Source: Lingula anatina (taxonomy: Eukaryota > Animalia > Brachiopoda). From it: 64,000 bases of DNA. The notes beneath the pieces were generated by a model that worked only from the letters and a program-made list of their open reading frames with translations, was not told the origin of the DNA and did not search any database. The stretch covers positions 5,208,001-5,272,000 of the forward strand of contig CM120649.1 in the NCBI GenBank assembly GCA_051362555.1, read 5' to 3'. Shown piece after piece: positions 51,489-62,844 of this stretch (positions are counted from its first letter, which is position 1; each line of letters starts with the position of its first letter). The position numbers and the translations under genes were made by a program.

Positions 51489-54400
51489 TGTCGCAATCAA
51501 TGTTGAAAGGTAACTCTCGTCTTCACATATTTTTCCATTTTTTTTTTCTCTTTTTTGTCTTTGTGTTTCTAATGTGTTTTGAAACTTACTTTCTTTTTCC
51601 GATTAAGTATTTAATATCTTTCGTTACCGTATTTCTGTACCATCAGATAAAAAAAAAATTAAAAACAGACATTTAGAAACGACATGTTTCTTTTCTTTTC
51701 TTTTCATTAAGTACGGCCCAAAAATGTTTTTCGTAATTATGTGGAATATAGCTCTACGTCCATAAATTTAGAATTAAAGCATTTCATTAGATTCACCCCC
51801 ATATTTCCAAAACAGTGCAAAATGCAAAAAAAAACAAATGGTGAATATTTCGATGCAGTGAATTGAAAAAAAATTTTTCTGTATAGTTTTCAGAGGAAAA
51901 GCACAACTGTCACTTAATGTTGCCGAAAACACGTCTCTTTAGCAAGGATGGAAGAGTACAGACATCTTTAAGCTCTGCATCGCCATTAACTGATCGTAGC
52001 AGATTCAACGCCTATAAAGATTTTGTGGCTTGGACTCTAAAAAGATCTCGTTTGAAAAGGAAGATTTATGGGATGCGCCTTCTATTGTTCTCAGTTTAAC
52101 CAAAATTAAATCAGCTGTCACCAAGTTTTATGCTTTCTTAAATAAATATTTTACCGCTTATCTTTGATATTCACTTATCTTTTTTTTCTCGAAAATTTGT
52201 CTTATCAAGTGAAAAATATTCTGTTTTATTTTTCTTTCTGGCTTTTATTTAATTAATTATTTTTTTTTTTTTTTGAAGATTTCTTAACCTGATTACCATT
52301 AGCTTATACGTCAACAGTGTGGGAAAAATAAAAAAGTGTCATTGTTTTTTACAATATATATTACTAGACAGTAAACAGTGCACTAAAAATTATAGAGGCT
52401 GAGCGATAATTCAGCCAACCGACAGTCATCGGAATACATACAGTACCTAACACAGGTCGTCGTACGCGTTGTCTAATCACCCAATTTTTTAAGAAGAAAA
52501 TAAAGAAAAAAATTATACAAGTAACATTTCTCATCCAACCGCGGTCAATGACGCCTGTTCCAACCAGACGACTGTTTAACGTCGCAAATTTAATCTTATT
52601 CTTTAGAATCTACTTTGTACAGGAACAAATTTCTTTATAACTTCCCAGTGGGAAGGTACTTTAAATAAAACAATAGGGGAAAGGAAAAAAGGCTGACGGT
52701 TTTCAATATACCTGTAAATATTATAAAATTTAACTAAAACGCAAGTTAAAATATTAACATTTGATCGGTACAGCAGGAACTATATGTAAAAATAAAGAGA
52801 GTAAATTTGCAAAGAAATAGAATAAAGATGGATTAGCAAAAACATAAGTTAAAAAATATATAATAGTAAAGAGCATGGCCATGTTATAAAAGGCACTTTA
52901 ATTCCTGTCTCTGAACAGTATTTTGTCTTTTTTCTCACGTAAAGGAAAACATGTTTGTGTCCTTAATAATTTATATTCCTTCTTAAAAGCTTACTCACTG
53001 AGCACATCAATAGTCAGCCATTCCTAAGTGTAAGGAAGCGGTTTATAAGTCCCAAGTGCCTGTACTTTAACTGCACCCCTGTTGCATAATTTTGCTTTGT
53101 TCTATGATAAAGCCTCGGCGGTTGCGTAATCATTTAAATTCAAACACACAGTAGAATTATTGTCATCATCTCTTTTTTACAGCAGGCAGAGACACAGGTG
53201 ACTTAAACATAATGAATAACCAGAAACCATACGTACGTGACTTGAAATTTCATTTATTTTTTTAACTTTATTCACTCAGAGAAAAAAGAAATTTAATTTA
53301 TAAATATATCAGATCTTGCAATTGAAAACGTAGAATTGAAATATTTCAGCAGACCCCACAACATATCCCTTAAACAAAGTATTATTCAAAAAGCAAATGA
53401 TAATATTATCTGCATGCATTTCATTACAGTGAAATGCATTTTCTTCTGTTTTATTGTCTTCAGAAAAAAATGTTATTGTTGCACTATGCTGCGGAAATCA
53501 CGTCTCACCAGTGAGGATGGAGATTAGCCAACGTTTTAATAGCTCTGTATCTTATTTCCGGCAGGTATACCGGCTAAAAATCTTTGACACGAAAAAAGTT
53601 TGAAAACAAGATGATGATGTAATTCTTTGGCACCGAAATTAAAACAGTAGAAATAGATACCTTTTTTTTCACATACCAGATACCAGGATGTGTCTCAAAT
53701 TTATTTGATCTCCATTTTTTTTCTTTTTCTTTTCCTGCTTTCTCTTTATCATGGCTTAAACCTAAACATTTCATTCCGATATCTCTCCCTACATTTTATT
53801 CTTTCTTTTCTATCTCTGTTTTCTTTCTAGCTTTTTTCTCTCTTTTACCTTTTCTGTCTCTCTCTCTCTCTCTCTCTTTTACCTTCCTTTGTAAAATTAT
53901 ATTTTCCTCATTCTTTTCTTCATCTTTTCATTACAATACTATTATTAAATTCTTCACTTTAGGGGCTATTTGTCATGAATACCGTAAATGAACGCATTTT
54001 GACATCTAATTTGTTAATGACTGATATTGTGATAAAGGCAAGCGATATGATTTTCGATGTGACTTATTTAGAACATTATTATGAAGGAAAAGCAATATGC
54101 ATGGAACAGTAAATAGCTTTTAAGCCTTTCCTCAATGTAAAAAAAAAGAAACAGTAACAGTGCGTTTTTGTTGTGCATACTAAACACACATCAGACGACT
54201 AATGAAAAAATACTGCAATGTTTTCAAGTTTATTACCGACATTTAAAACAAACAATATAAAGATGTATACAATTCACGAATCAATACGTACACACGCACA
54301 CACACACACACACACACACTTGCACACACACACACACTTTATTTTGAGCATTAAAACGTGTTAATATAATAACAAAATGCAAACATTAACAATATGATCG

Positions 54401-55066
54401 ATTTTATTCATTAATTCGACATTTTTCTTATATGAAATAACAATTTTTGAAATTTATTTAACTGCACTTTTATTTCGAGCATTAAAACATCACAGACCAG
54501 ATAACACTCAGCTCTTGATGCTTTTGCTGAGTGAAAATGATTATTCTTTTGAGATTGTTTTAAAGTCGGTCGCCCCAAATTCCCATCTTGATAAAAGTTG
54601 GGCAAATCGAACTTGTCTCATATTCGTGGCAACGTCATAATTAAGCAGGTTCATTCATAATAATTTCAGTCAATGAACGAAGAAAGAATTCCCTCTTCTG
54701 ATCTCATTGTTTTTCGTTGGAGACCCCTTGAAACACATCATGTAACGCTGCTCTCTGAAAAGAAAGATATGTAAACGATATAAAAATAAATAAATAACCC
54801 CTTTTCAGTCAATAAGTTTCTAAAAATAATTACAAGTCGGAGCTTTACAAAATAACAGGAATAAATATCGATATTAAGATCAAGATTAAGATGTTTATAT
54901 AAAATTAACAAAACATACATTTTCACAGATGGAAGTAGTCACACTTTACAAATCTGTTGGATCTGTTTAATGTAGATCTGATGATACATATACATCTATA
55001 AAAAGCAATTTATAATTGCAACAAAATATCTACCTACACGTAGTTGGACTAGTGCTTTGTTGAAAG

Positions 55067-55918
55067 CTAGACCTTCTCGTAGGTGGAGACATCTGGGACG
55101 GCGTAGTCAGCTGAACCTTGTCCTTGACCGGAACCAAAACCGCCGCCAGAGCCACCATCGGCACCACCGCCGCCACCCCCTCCGCCTCCACTGCCACCAA
55201 CAACACCTCCAGGAAGACCAGCAAACCCACCCCCTTGTCCCTGGCCGTAGCCGGCCCCGACACCGCCTGGAGAACTGCTGCCACCTCCGCCGCCGCCACC
55301 GCCGCCGCCGCCAGCAGCAACTCCTCCGTGTAGAAACTTAAGGTCTGGTAGAAGACCATCGACACCAGCCTGACCTCCGCCTTGACCTGATCCGAAGCCG
55401 CCGCCTACTCCCCCATCGGCGCCGCCACCTCCGCCGCCGCCGCCACCGCCGCCGCCGGCTAGGAGACCGTCTGGCCCCAGGGCTACGCCACTGCCGAAAC
55501 CTGCGCCGAAGCCAAAACCAGAACCGCCTTCATCACCTCCTCCGCCGCCGCCGCCTCCACCGCCGCCGCCAGCAGCAACGCCTCCGGGTGCTAAGTTTAA
55601 GCCTGGTTGAGGACCATCTACAACAACTTGCCCTCCGCCTTGACCAGAACCAAAGCCGCCGCCAAATCCTCCATTAGCACCGCCGCCTCCCCCTCCGCCG
55701 CCACCGCCGCCGCCGGCAACAACGGTACCTCCTCGACTAACAGCATAACCTCTGCCGTAACCGGCACCGTATCCGAATCCAGAACCGCCTTTTCCTCCGC
55801 CCCCTCCTCCTCCGCCTCCTCCGCCTCCACCGCCTCCAGCACTAACGTTATTGTCACCAAGTGGCACAGCAATAAGCGGAGCAATAGCCACACCGAGGAC
55901 AAGCAGTGCCTTAAACAT
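55067..55918 (-). CDS. Secreted glycine-rich protein GRP-7 (283 aa), six modules
   Basis: Signal MFKALLVLGVAIAPLIA, six poly-Gly tracts each followed by a GG.G.G.G[FY]G.G segment, CATAAAA TATA variant at 55979-55985, donor TAG|GTAGAT at 55033. Confidence 0.9.
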   Translation of the reverse strand: MFKALLVLGVAIAPLIAVPLGDNNVSAGGGGGGGGGGGGGGGKGGSGFGYGAGYGRGYAVSRGGTVVAGGGGGGGGGGGGANGGFGGGFGSGQGGGQVVVDGPQPGLNLAPGGVAAGGGGGGGGGGGGDEGGSGFGFGAGFGSGVALGPDGLLAGGGGGGGGGGGGADGGVGGGFGSGQGGGQAGVDGLLPDLKFLHGGVAAGGGGGGGGGGGSSSPGGVGAGYGQGQGGGFAGLPGGVVGGSGGGGGGGGGADGGSGGGFGSGQGQGSADYAVPDVSTYEKV

Positions 55919-56432
55919 TTCGGAGATGGTTTGGAAAGATGAATGTTTTCCAATGAAAAGCGTCGGCCCGATTTGCTCTTTTATGTACGTTACAGTGGCG
56001 TGACCAACCTTTTAATGCCAAATATATGTCATAATTTTCTTATTTCGACTCAATAATTGCTTCCACAATTACAAAAATGAAAGAAATGATGGCGTATATG
56101 TCATTCCAAACTATACAGAAGTTTCCTGATGGTCACACATTTTTTTCACATTGAATATTGTAACTCACAAAAATCATGAAATAATACAATCAATGTTTGT
56201 TACAGCAGTGCCGTTTCCTCAACTTGTGGTCAACGAGGGTCAATATAAAAAAATTAATACCTGCATTGTGGTAGTTACACCCGTCACAGCTATCCCACTT
56301 AAGGCTGAACCTGATAAATTGTTATGTTGGTCAGGTAGGAGAACAGTAGAAAGTGAAAAAGACTGGAAAAGTGATGGTGGCTACTTAATTTTGGGTGTAT
56401 TCACTTACTTAAAATTATTTTTTTCCATTACA

Positions 56433-56473
<41 letters not shown>

Positions 56474-58641
56474 GAAGTAATGCCACAGCAATGGTACTTT
56501 CCAGGAAGAGTTCTAAACCCACGAGTGTATGTTTATAATTGTCTGGTCAGATGATGCGATTATATACTGTATGGATGCAGAGTTGTGTAAACAATATTAT
56601 TATGTTAGTATTCATTCATTTATTTACAACAACTGGTTCATGTATACCACACCTTCTGCTACTGCTACTACTACTACTTTTATTGAAAAATGTCATAAGA
56701 TGACTCATCCTAAAGCTATACTACGTTTTGTCAGTCGTGTTCAAATGTCTCTCTTTAAGTTTGTGGTTTCATTTAAGTGTGAAAAAAAGTTACCTGGACA
56801 AAATTATGCAGCGAGAATTTCAGACTTGCATATGCGCATGTTCGGGTCCCTTTCCTTTCAAGGCGAGGCACAGAGATGGAAATCTCCGTCACGTTGAGTC
56901 CCAAAACCAGGTACAATTGTTATGCGCACGAAATAATTGGCTCGGCGAGTAGGAGGAGGGAGTAGCATTAAACTGGCTTCTTTACATTGCAAAAGTGGTT
57001 CGAAAGTACGTTTTGCAGACAAATGAGAAATCACAACAACCTGATAAGTAATCAGTTTACATGCCAACGTAAAATTCAAAATGGCATTTTGTCCCAAAAG
57101 GGAAAGGCAAAATGGTAAGACATTTATTTAAACAATTAAAACGACGCAAGAAAAGTTATTGATATTGCTTCCACTCGTCTAGGAGGAAGAATACCAATGA
57201 CTACAATAACTACACGGTTTTAACTATGAAAAACACCCCGGTGATTGCTCCCTATAGCGCCAAGCAATCGCATAATGGCATTTCGACCGCAAAAGGAGGA
57301 AATACAACAAGGTAAGCATAGATAAATTGATATGCCACTTAGAATAGGGAAATGTTGTTCATTTTGATGCGCGAAAAAAATAAGTTGTACGGACGTATCA
57401 ATCACAAAAGTGGAAGACATTTTTTTTTATCACCTGGATTTCCTAAATAACAAAAACAAGTTCCTCTAGAGATAGCAAGGACTTCACAGCTGGAGTTGCG
57501 ACTGTAGGCTGGATCTCTTGGAGGTATTCAACTCAAAAGAGCCTTAATTCGTTGCTTAAGAAATGTTGCTAAATTTGTTGGGAGGCTGTGGATGTGACCG
57601 CATTGCAAAATAGTAAATAAACCCCTTATCACTATTATAATCATTGGCATTCTTCTTATTATGTAAGTACATTTATTGCCAACATCACTGCTTTATGCAT
57701 GCACTGTCGTAATGTACCAATGAAGAGATATCACGGTAAAATAATTTAAACAAAACTGTATTGAGAGAGATGTGATTATTAGAAAAGATACAACAGTTAT
57801 ATTATTTCCACCCATCCCAAAGACAGCAAAACAAAAACCCCGCCAAACGTTAACTTGCATAAAGTGACATTTTATGTATTTCTTGTTGATATAACACCAC
57901 GCCATTCTGCGTTAAAAAGCGCTTATCATTTTTTTCAAGGTTTGCCTTTATTACTTTTACTCAAAAATGCTTCCTTTAAGATGAGTGAGACATCCATGAA
58001 TTGTTTAACCTGTTTACTTAATGAAGGTCAAAGTAGTAGCAGCGTATTTTGTTTCGGGTATAATTTGGTAGGAACCTGGTAAAGTAAAGGTAAGAGATAT
58101 ACGCTATTGCAAATGGTGACAAAAAATTGACATTTGTTAATTTTGCGATAAATATTCAAATCGGATTCCTACAACTGAACCATGTGACAGATCTTCGGAT
58201 TGATAACATTATAATATTTATCAGTTATATGTCAATGACATCACATGTTGACTAAGAGCCAGGAAAAGTGCAGCGCACGAATAACTTTGTTGGCGGAATG
58301 CCGTTTGCAGGGTTTTAAGTCTGAACGCGGCTTAACACAATTTGCTCGACGAAGACAATACACAACCAATTACCATTAGGTCCCAAGCACTGTCTTATCT
58401 TCTCTATGGTCATTAAACAAGGTGTACACGTATTAGCCAAACAACCAAGACCAATGCTACACGTACACTCTAATTCTTATTAATCATGCAGCAAGGTAAA
58501 CCAAATGGGCCATCAGCCAACAACAAGCACGCAAGCAATGATAATTCATTTTTCGGGCTGCTAAAAAACCTGAGCTTTTCTTTTCCTCGTAATCATTCAC
58601 CGCATAGGAAAGAATCATCCAATACGCGACAAACACGATTC

Positions 58642-58648
58642 TATAAAA
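58642..58648 (+). promoter_or_regulatory. TATA box of GRP-8
   Basis: cTATAAAA 110 nt upstream of the ATG. Confidence 0.65.
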
Positions 58649-58751
58649 AGCTATTTACAGTAACGTGGCCCGCATTCGCTTTTAATAGAACTCCACGGTA
58701 CCTGAAAAGATCCAAGTCCATTCTTCCTTCCGTAACCATCAAGATTCCACA

Positions 58752-59309
58752 ATGTGGAAGGTTGCGTTTATTCTCATGGTGGCGGCTTTGCCGATCATGT
58801 CGCAAGAGTCTTTCAGCTATTCCTTCAGCACTGACGCTGAGGGGAATGTTGTGAGTTCAAGTTCTAGCAGCGATGGTACCAGGGGTGCGGCCGGAGGGGG
58901 TGGAGGCGGTGGAGGCGGTGCCCCGCCGCCTAGAGGAGACGGCGTCGGCACCCTGAGCGCCCGACGGGGTCCTGGCGATCCTATCATCATAGATAACGGG
59001 CAACCTCCAGGAGGAGACGGCGGAGGCCCAGGGCAAGGAGGCAGCGGTGGTGGTGGCGGTGGCGGTGGCGGCGGCGGCGGTGGGCGTGGCGGCAGCGGTG
59101 GTAGCGGCGGTAGCGGTTTTGGAGCTGGATTTGGTCAAGGAGGCGGAAGCGGCGGCGGCGGTGGCGGCGGCGGTGGCGGTGGCGGTGGCGGCCAAGGTGG
59201 CAGTTATGTTGGCAACGGTGGAGCACCCCCGGGCTTTACCTCCCCCGAGGACATTGCCCGGTGGGTTGGTAACAATCTGCAGAGACTTGCACAGAATGTT
59301 GGACGTTAG
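58752..59309 (+). CDS. Secreted glycine-rich protein GRP-8 (185 aa) with RGD, RR site and non-Gly C-terminal segment ending GR
   Basis: Signal MWKVAFILMVAALPIMS|Q, poly-Gly tracts with one GSGFGAGFGQG segment, ends PEDIARWVGNNLQRLAQNVGR*. Donor CTG|GTAAGA at 59314. Confidence 0.9.
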   Translation: MWKVAFILMVAALPIMSQESFSYSFSTDAEGNVVSSSSSSDGTRGAAGGGGGGGGGAPPPRGDGVGTLSARRGPGDPIIIDNGQPPGGDGGGPGQGGSGGGGGGGGGGGGGRGGSGGSGGSGFGAGFGQGGGSGGGGGGGGGGGGGGQGGSYVGNGGAPPGFTSPEDIARWVGNNLQRLAQNVGR

Positions 59310-60217
59310 ACTGGTAAGACAAATCTGATCATAAAATTAAATAATCGTTTTTGGTCTTTTTTTTCTCCATAGAGCTTCATATATTTAAATGCATGTGCAG
59401 TTGTAAAGTAATACCAAATCACAAAAAAGATATTTGTAGATCATATTCGTCCATTTTGTTTTAATTTAGATCTACATTCCGTTTTTTTTATGCAGTGGAT
59501 AACAATAAAAAAGAAAAGAAGTAACTTAATTTGTATGCACTCTTGACATATTGCTGAAGATTGATAGTCACAGGGCTTCTAAAATTCATTTTGACTGATA
59601 ATGACTAATATATCGTGCTATTTGTACTTTTGTCTGTTTTACGCCATTGTTAGGACTGAATGATGGCACGTGTACGATATAAATCATACTTCGGCATCAT
59701 TGCTGTTTCTCATGCAACCCAGCAATATTGCGTGTTTAAATCTGTTAAAAAAGAAAAACATTCCCGAGCTCGTAAGCACGACCTCATAGGTTAGACAGAG
59801 CTCTTCTTGTGTAATGATTTAACACATTAAGGGATTGCCTTGATTACCAACATTATGTCACCTATCGTTTATCTTTTAGAATGACACCATCTCCACCTAT
59901 CGGCCATTAGATGCGCTGGATCGGGAAGGTTCCAGATTGACGAAGTTGTTCTAAGGACAAATGGCAGTACCTCAATAATTTTTCATAAAATCACATCTTC
60001 CTGTTTTTATTGCATCTGAAAAAATGTCTGCAACCCGTTGACATCATCAGCTTTACTTATTATATTTGCTATTGGATATAGAGAGCCATTAATAGGTTCT
60101 GAACGTAATTCATGCTAACAGAGGTTGAAGTAAAGGATTTTGAAATCTCAGCCTGTTTCGGGTATATACAATGCTGTAAATAAAAACTGCGCATAGTCCT
60201 GCCTTATTTTGTATCGA

Positions 60218-60258
<41 letters not shown>

Positions 60259-61558
60259 TGCGATGTGTCAGGCATCGCTTTTAAATGTGACTATGAGTCA
60301 CCTTAAACCGACATTATGGTCTTCGGATGAACTACTTCACCACACGCGACAAAACTGTGTGATTTTCAGTAGTCATTCATACATAAATATAAGCAATTGA
60401 AGATACAAAACCACGAGTGAGATGGAGGCGGGGTCAAGAATTTAACAAAGGAGGTTTCACCAATTAATTGCACTAATGTTTAACTGAAAAAAAAGTGGAA
60501 TAGCACATGATGCCGGTCAACAAATCAAATATTTGTCAGTTTTATTAGCTGGTGTCATAAAATTGCACTGCACTGCATCTCTGCATCTGCTTCTTTTGCA
60601 GAAATAGGAAAAGGGGGAGGGGGGCTTTTGGATCAAAGTCTAAAATTACAATGTAATTCAACTGTAATTCACTCATAATGCAGATATTTTCTTGTCCGTG
60701 CAGGCGAAGTAATCGTCACAAATGCGTGCGACGTGCGCGTTGTCACGTCCCACTATGAAATACAAATGAGTGGAAATCATCCAATTGGAAGAAAATCATC
60801 TTGATTACACCGAAATGGTATTCAACGATCATGAAGGTTTTTATTCCGTTTTGGAAATTAACAGTTAATGAATTGATGCTACGGTGGCAATAAAAGTGAT
60901 CCTGGCAACATATGACAGTCGCAGTTTCAATTTTGCAATAATAAATGGCAAGAATCTTTTTCTCTAATAAAGCATTTATTGTGAGTAGATTAACTCTAAT
61001 TATGTCAATGCAATTTGTTTGTTTTGGGTTTTCGGACTTATTAAGGGGTAGATCTCAAAGTTCATATCACCATATACCATCCTCCGCTCTCACTCTCTGT
61101 CTCTCTCTGTGTGTGTGTGTGTGTGCGTATGTGAACTTGTGTAAAATCCTTGTCTTAAAATCTATACTTTTTATACTTGCAGTCTGTAATTTTCTCCTCT
61201 ATTAAAAACGACCGTTTATACCTGTAATTTCACAAAAGAAAACCAGCACACAAACAATTTCTCCTGTCGATGCAAAAACAAAAGTGAGAATAAGCCATGT
61301 CAGGTAGACCTACAATGTTCATGTATTTCAGGAGAACCCGTCAACACACAAAAAAGGATAGGCTTACATGCATCAGTTGTGAGCAGCTTCATAACGTTTT
61401 CTCTCTCTGTATTAGAACTGCGCAGCTGTAATTTAAACACACGATCCCCATCATCTATAATACCCACTGTTATGCTAGTTTAGCTAATTACTGTATTAGT
61501 ATAATAAGCATAATAATAATCAGATCCGGGATTATGGATAGAAATATACACATACTAG

Positions 61559-61620
61559 TATATTTAAACTGTGTTTCACTGTGAAACCAGCGTATTTCTC
61601 GCAGAGGACGAGAAAACCAG
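61559..61620 (+). promoter_or_regulatory. TATA-like box and short non-coding first exon of the double-defensin-like gene
   Basis: TATATTTAAA at 61559-61568, donor CAG|GTAGGC at 61621, acceptor tatatttttag at 61881. Confidence 0.5.
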
Positions 61621-61900
61621 GTAGGCTACGATTAAATGTATTCTTCGTCTATTCTTTTCACAGCATCCGAAGCAGTAATTTTTTTATAATGTCGTTGTGC
61701 AAGAGCATACTTAGAAAACAAAATCATTCGGCCTGCTTTTGTTTCAGTGGATGTCGATACTGTAAATATCAAAACTCCAGAAATGTAATTTTTCGGCCAA
61801 ACGTGGAAAATCTTGCGTGTATTTGTTTTGATGGAGTTATACATACTGGTATGTTTAGTATAACTGCTTTTATATTTTTAGAAGAGAAAACTGAGGTATA

Positions 61901-61979
61901 ATGAAAGGATTGCCAGCCATAATTTGCCTGCTTGTGGTGGCAGTCGCCACGTGGACGGTGTTGTTTGTTCAAGCTGACG
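61901..61979 (+). CDS. Double beta-defensin-like secreted protein, coding exon 1 (signal peptide)
   Basis: Translates MKGLPAIICLLVVAVATWTVLFVQAD. Phase-1 donor G|GTGAGA at 61980. Confidence 0.85.
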
Positions 61980-61992
61980 GTGAGACATATTG

Positions 61993-62024
<32 letters not shown>

Positions 62025-62185
62025 CCTGCCGTTTTCTCTATTTATTTATTTAGAATGTTCACTATTGTCTAAGTGCATGTGTATGTGTGTGTGTGCGCGC
62101 GTGCGCCCGCCAGAGAGTCGGCTTGTGGGTGTACGGAACTAAGAAAAGAACTGGCATTTATTTGCAGTATTAAAACTATCTTCAG

Positions 62186-62332
62186 ATCTATTTGACCAGT
62201 GGATGGAGGACCATAAGTGTGTTGCAAGACGCGGGGCGGTATGTCAGCATGACGGCCTGTATTGCAGTGGGTATTACGAGACAGGACTGTGTGGAGGGGG
62301 TACACGTCGAAGATGCTGTATTCCCGGCTCTG
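62186..62332 (+). CDS. Double beta-defensin-like secreted protein, coding exon 2 (domain 1)
   Basis: Acceptor ctatcttcag, 147-nt phase 1-1 exon: DLFDQWMEDHKCVARRGAVCQHDGLYCSGYYETGLCGGGTRRRCCIPGS (C-x7-C-x6-C-x8-C-x7-CC). Donor G|GTGTGT at 62333. Confidence 0.88.
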
Positions 62333-62707
62333 GTGTGTTTACTGACATCTCTTTATAATTTGTTTACTTTCTTTAAGTCCTGCACAAACTCCAGAATATC
62401 GGTAGAAGTAACGATATTTTGAGACCATAATCTCATGATAATTCTTTACTGGTAGCTTGGTCAGTTATTTCATAACTGAATCTTGATATTTTTTGCGTGA
62501 TGTGCCGAATGCCTTTAGCTGACGTGGAAGGAACACAGGACGGGAGCATTATAGAGTATGAAAATATATATAATTTTGTTGACTTTTCCTTTGCTTTGTT
62601 TTGCTTTGTTATGTGTGCACAACGCCTGGGACTTCTTTATAGATACTTTTTTAACAACAGAAACATCAAAATATCTTAATTCTCCTTTTATTAATTTCTG
62701 TTCTCAG

Positions 62708-62844
62708 CGGACAGATTGTGCCTAAGGGAGTGGGGCACATGCCAGTTCAAAGGAGAAACATATTGCCCTTTTCCCTATGCAACAGGTATATGTGGCGGAC
62801 CACCACGCAGAATGTGCTGTGTACACCGCCCGAATCCGGACTAA
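62708..62844 (+). CDS. Double beta-defensin-like secreted protein, coding exon 3 (domain 2)
   Basis: Acceptor ttctgttctcag, phase 1: ADRLCLREWGTCQFKGETYCPFPYATGICGGPPRRMCCVHRPNPD* (C-x6-C-x7-C-x8-C-x7-CC). AATAAA at 63038-63043. Confidence 0.88.

Larger units (their letters stand above)
37970..53250. repeat. Three-copy tandem segmental duplication, each copy carrying one GRP gene (units start near 37970, 40598, 47635)
   Basis: aataaggaaatactgaaa.acgcgtctc at ~38070, ~40709 and ~47645. 43080-47167 and 49120-53253 are near-identical by eye. Shared 3' exons. Confidence 0.9.
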
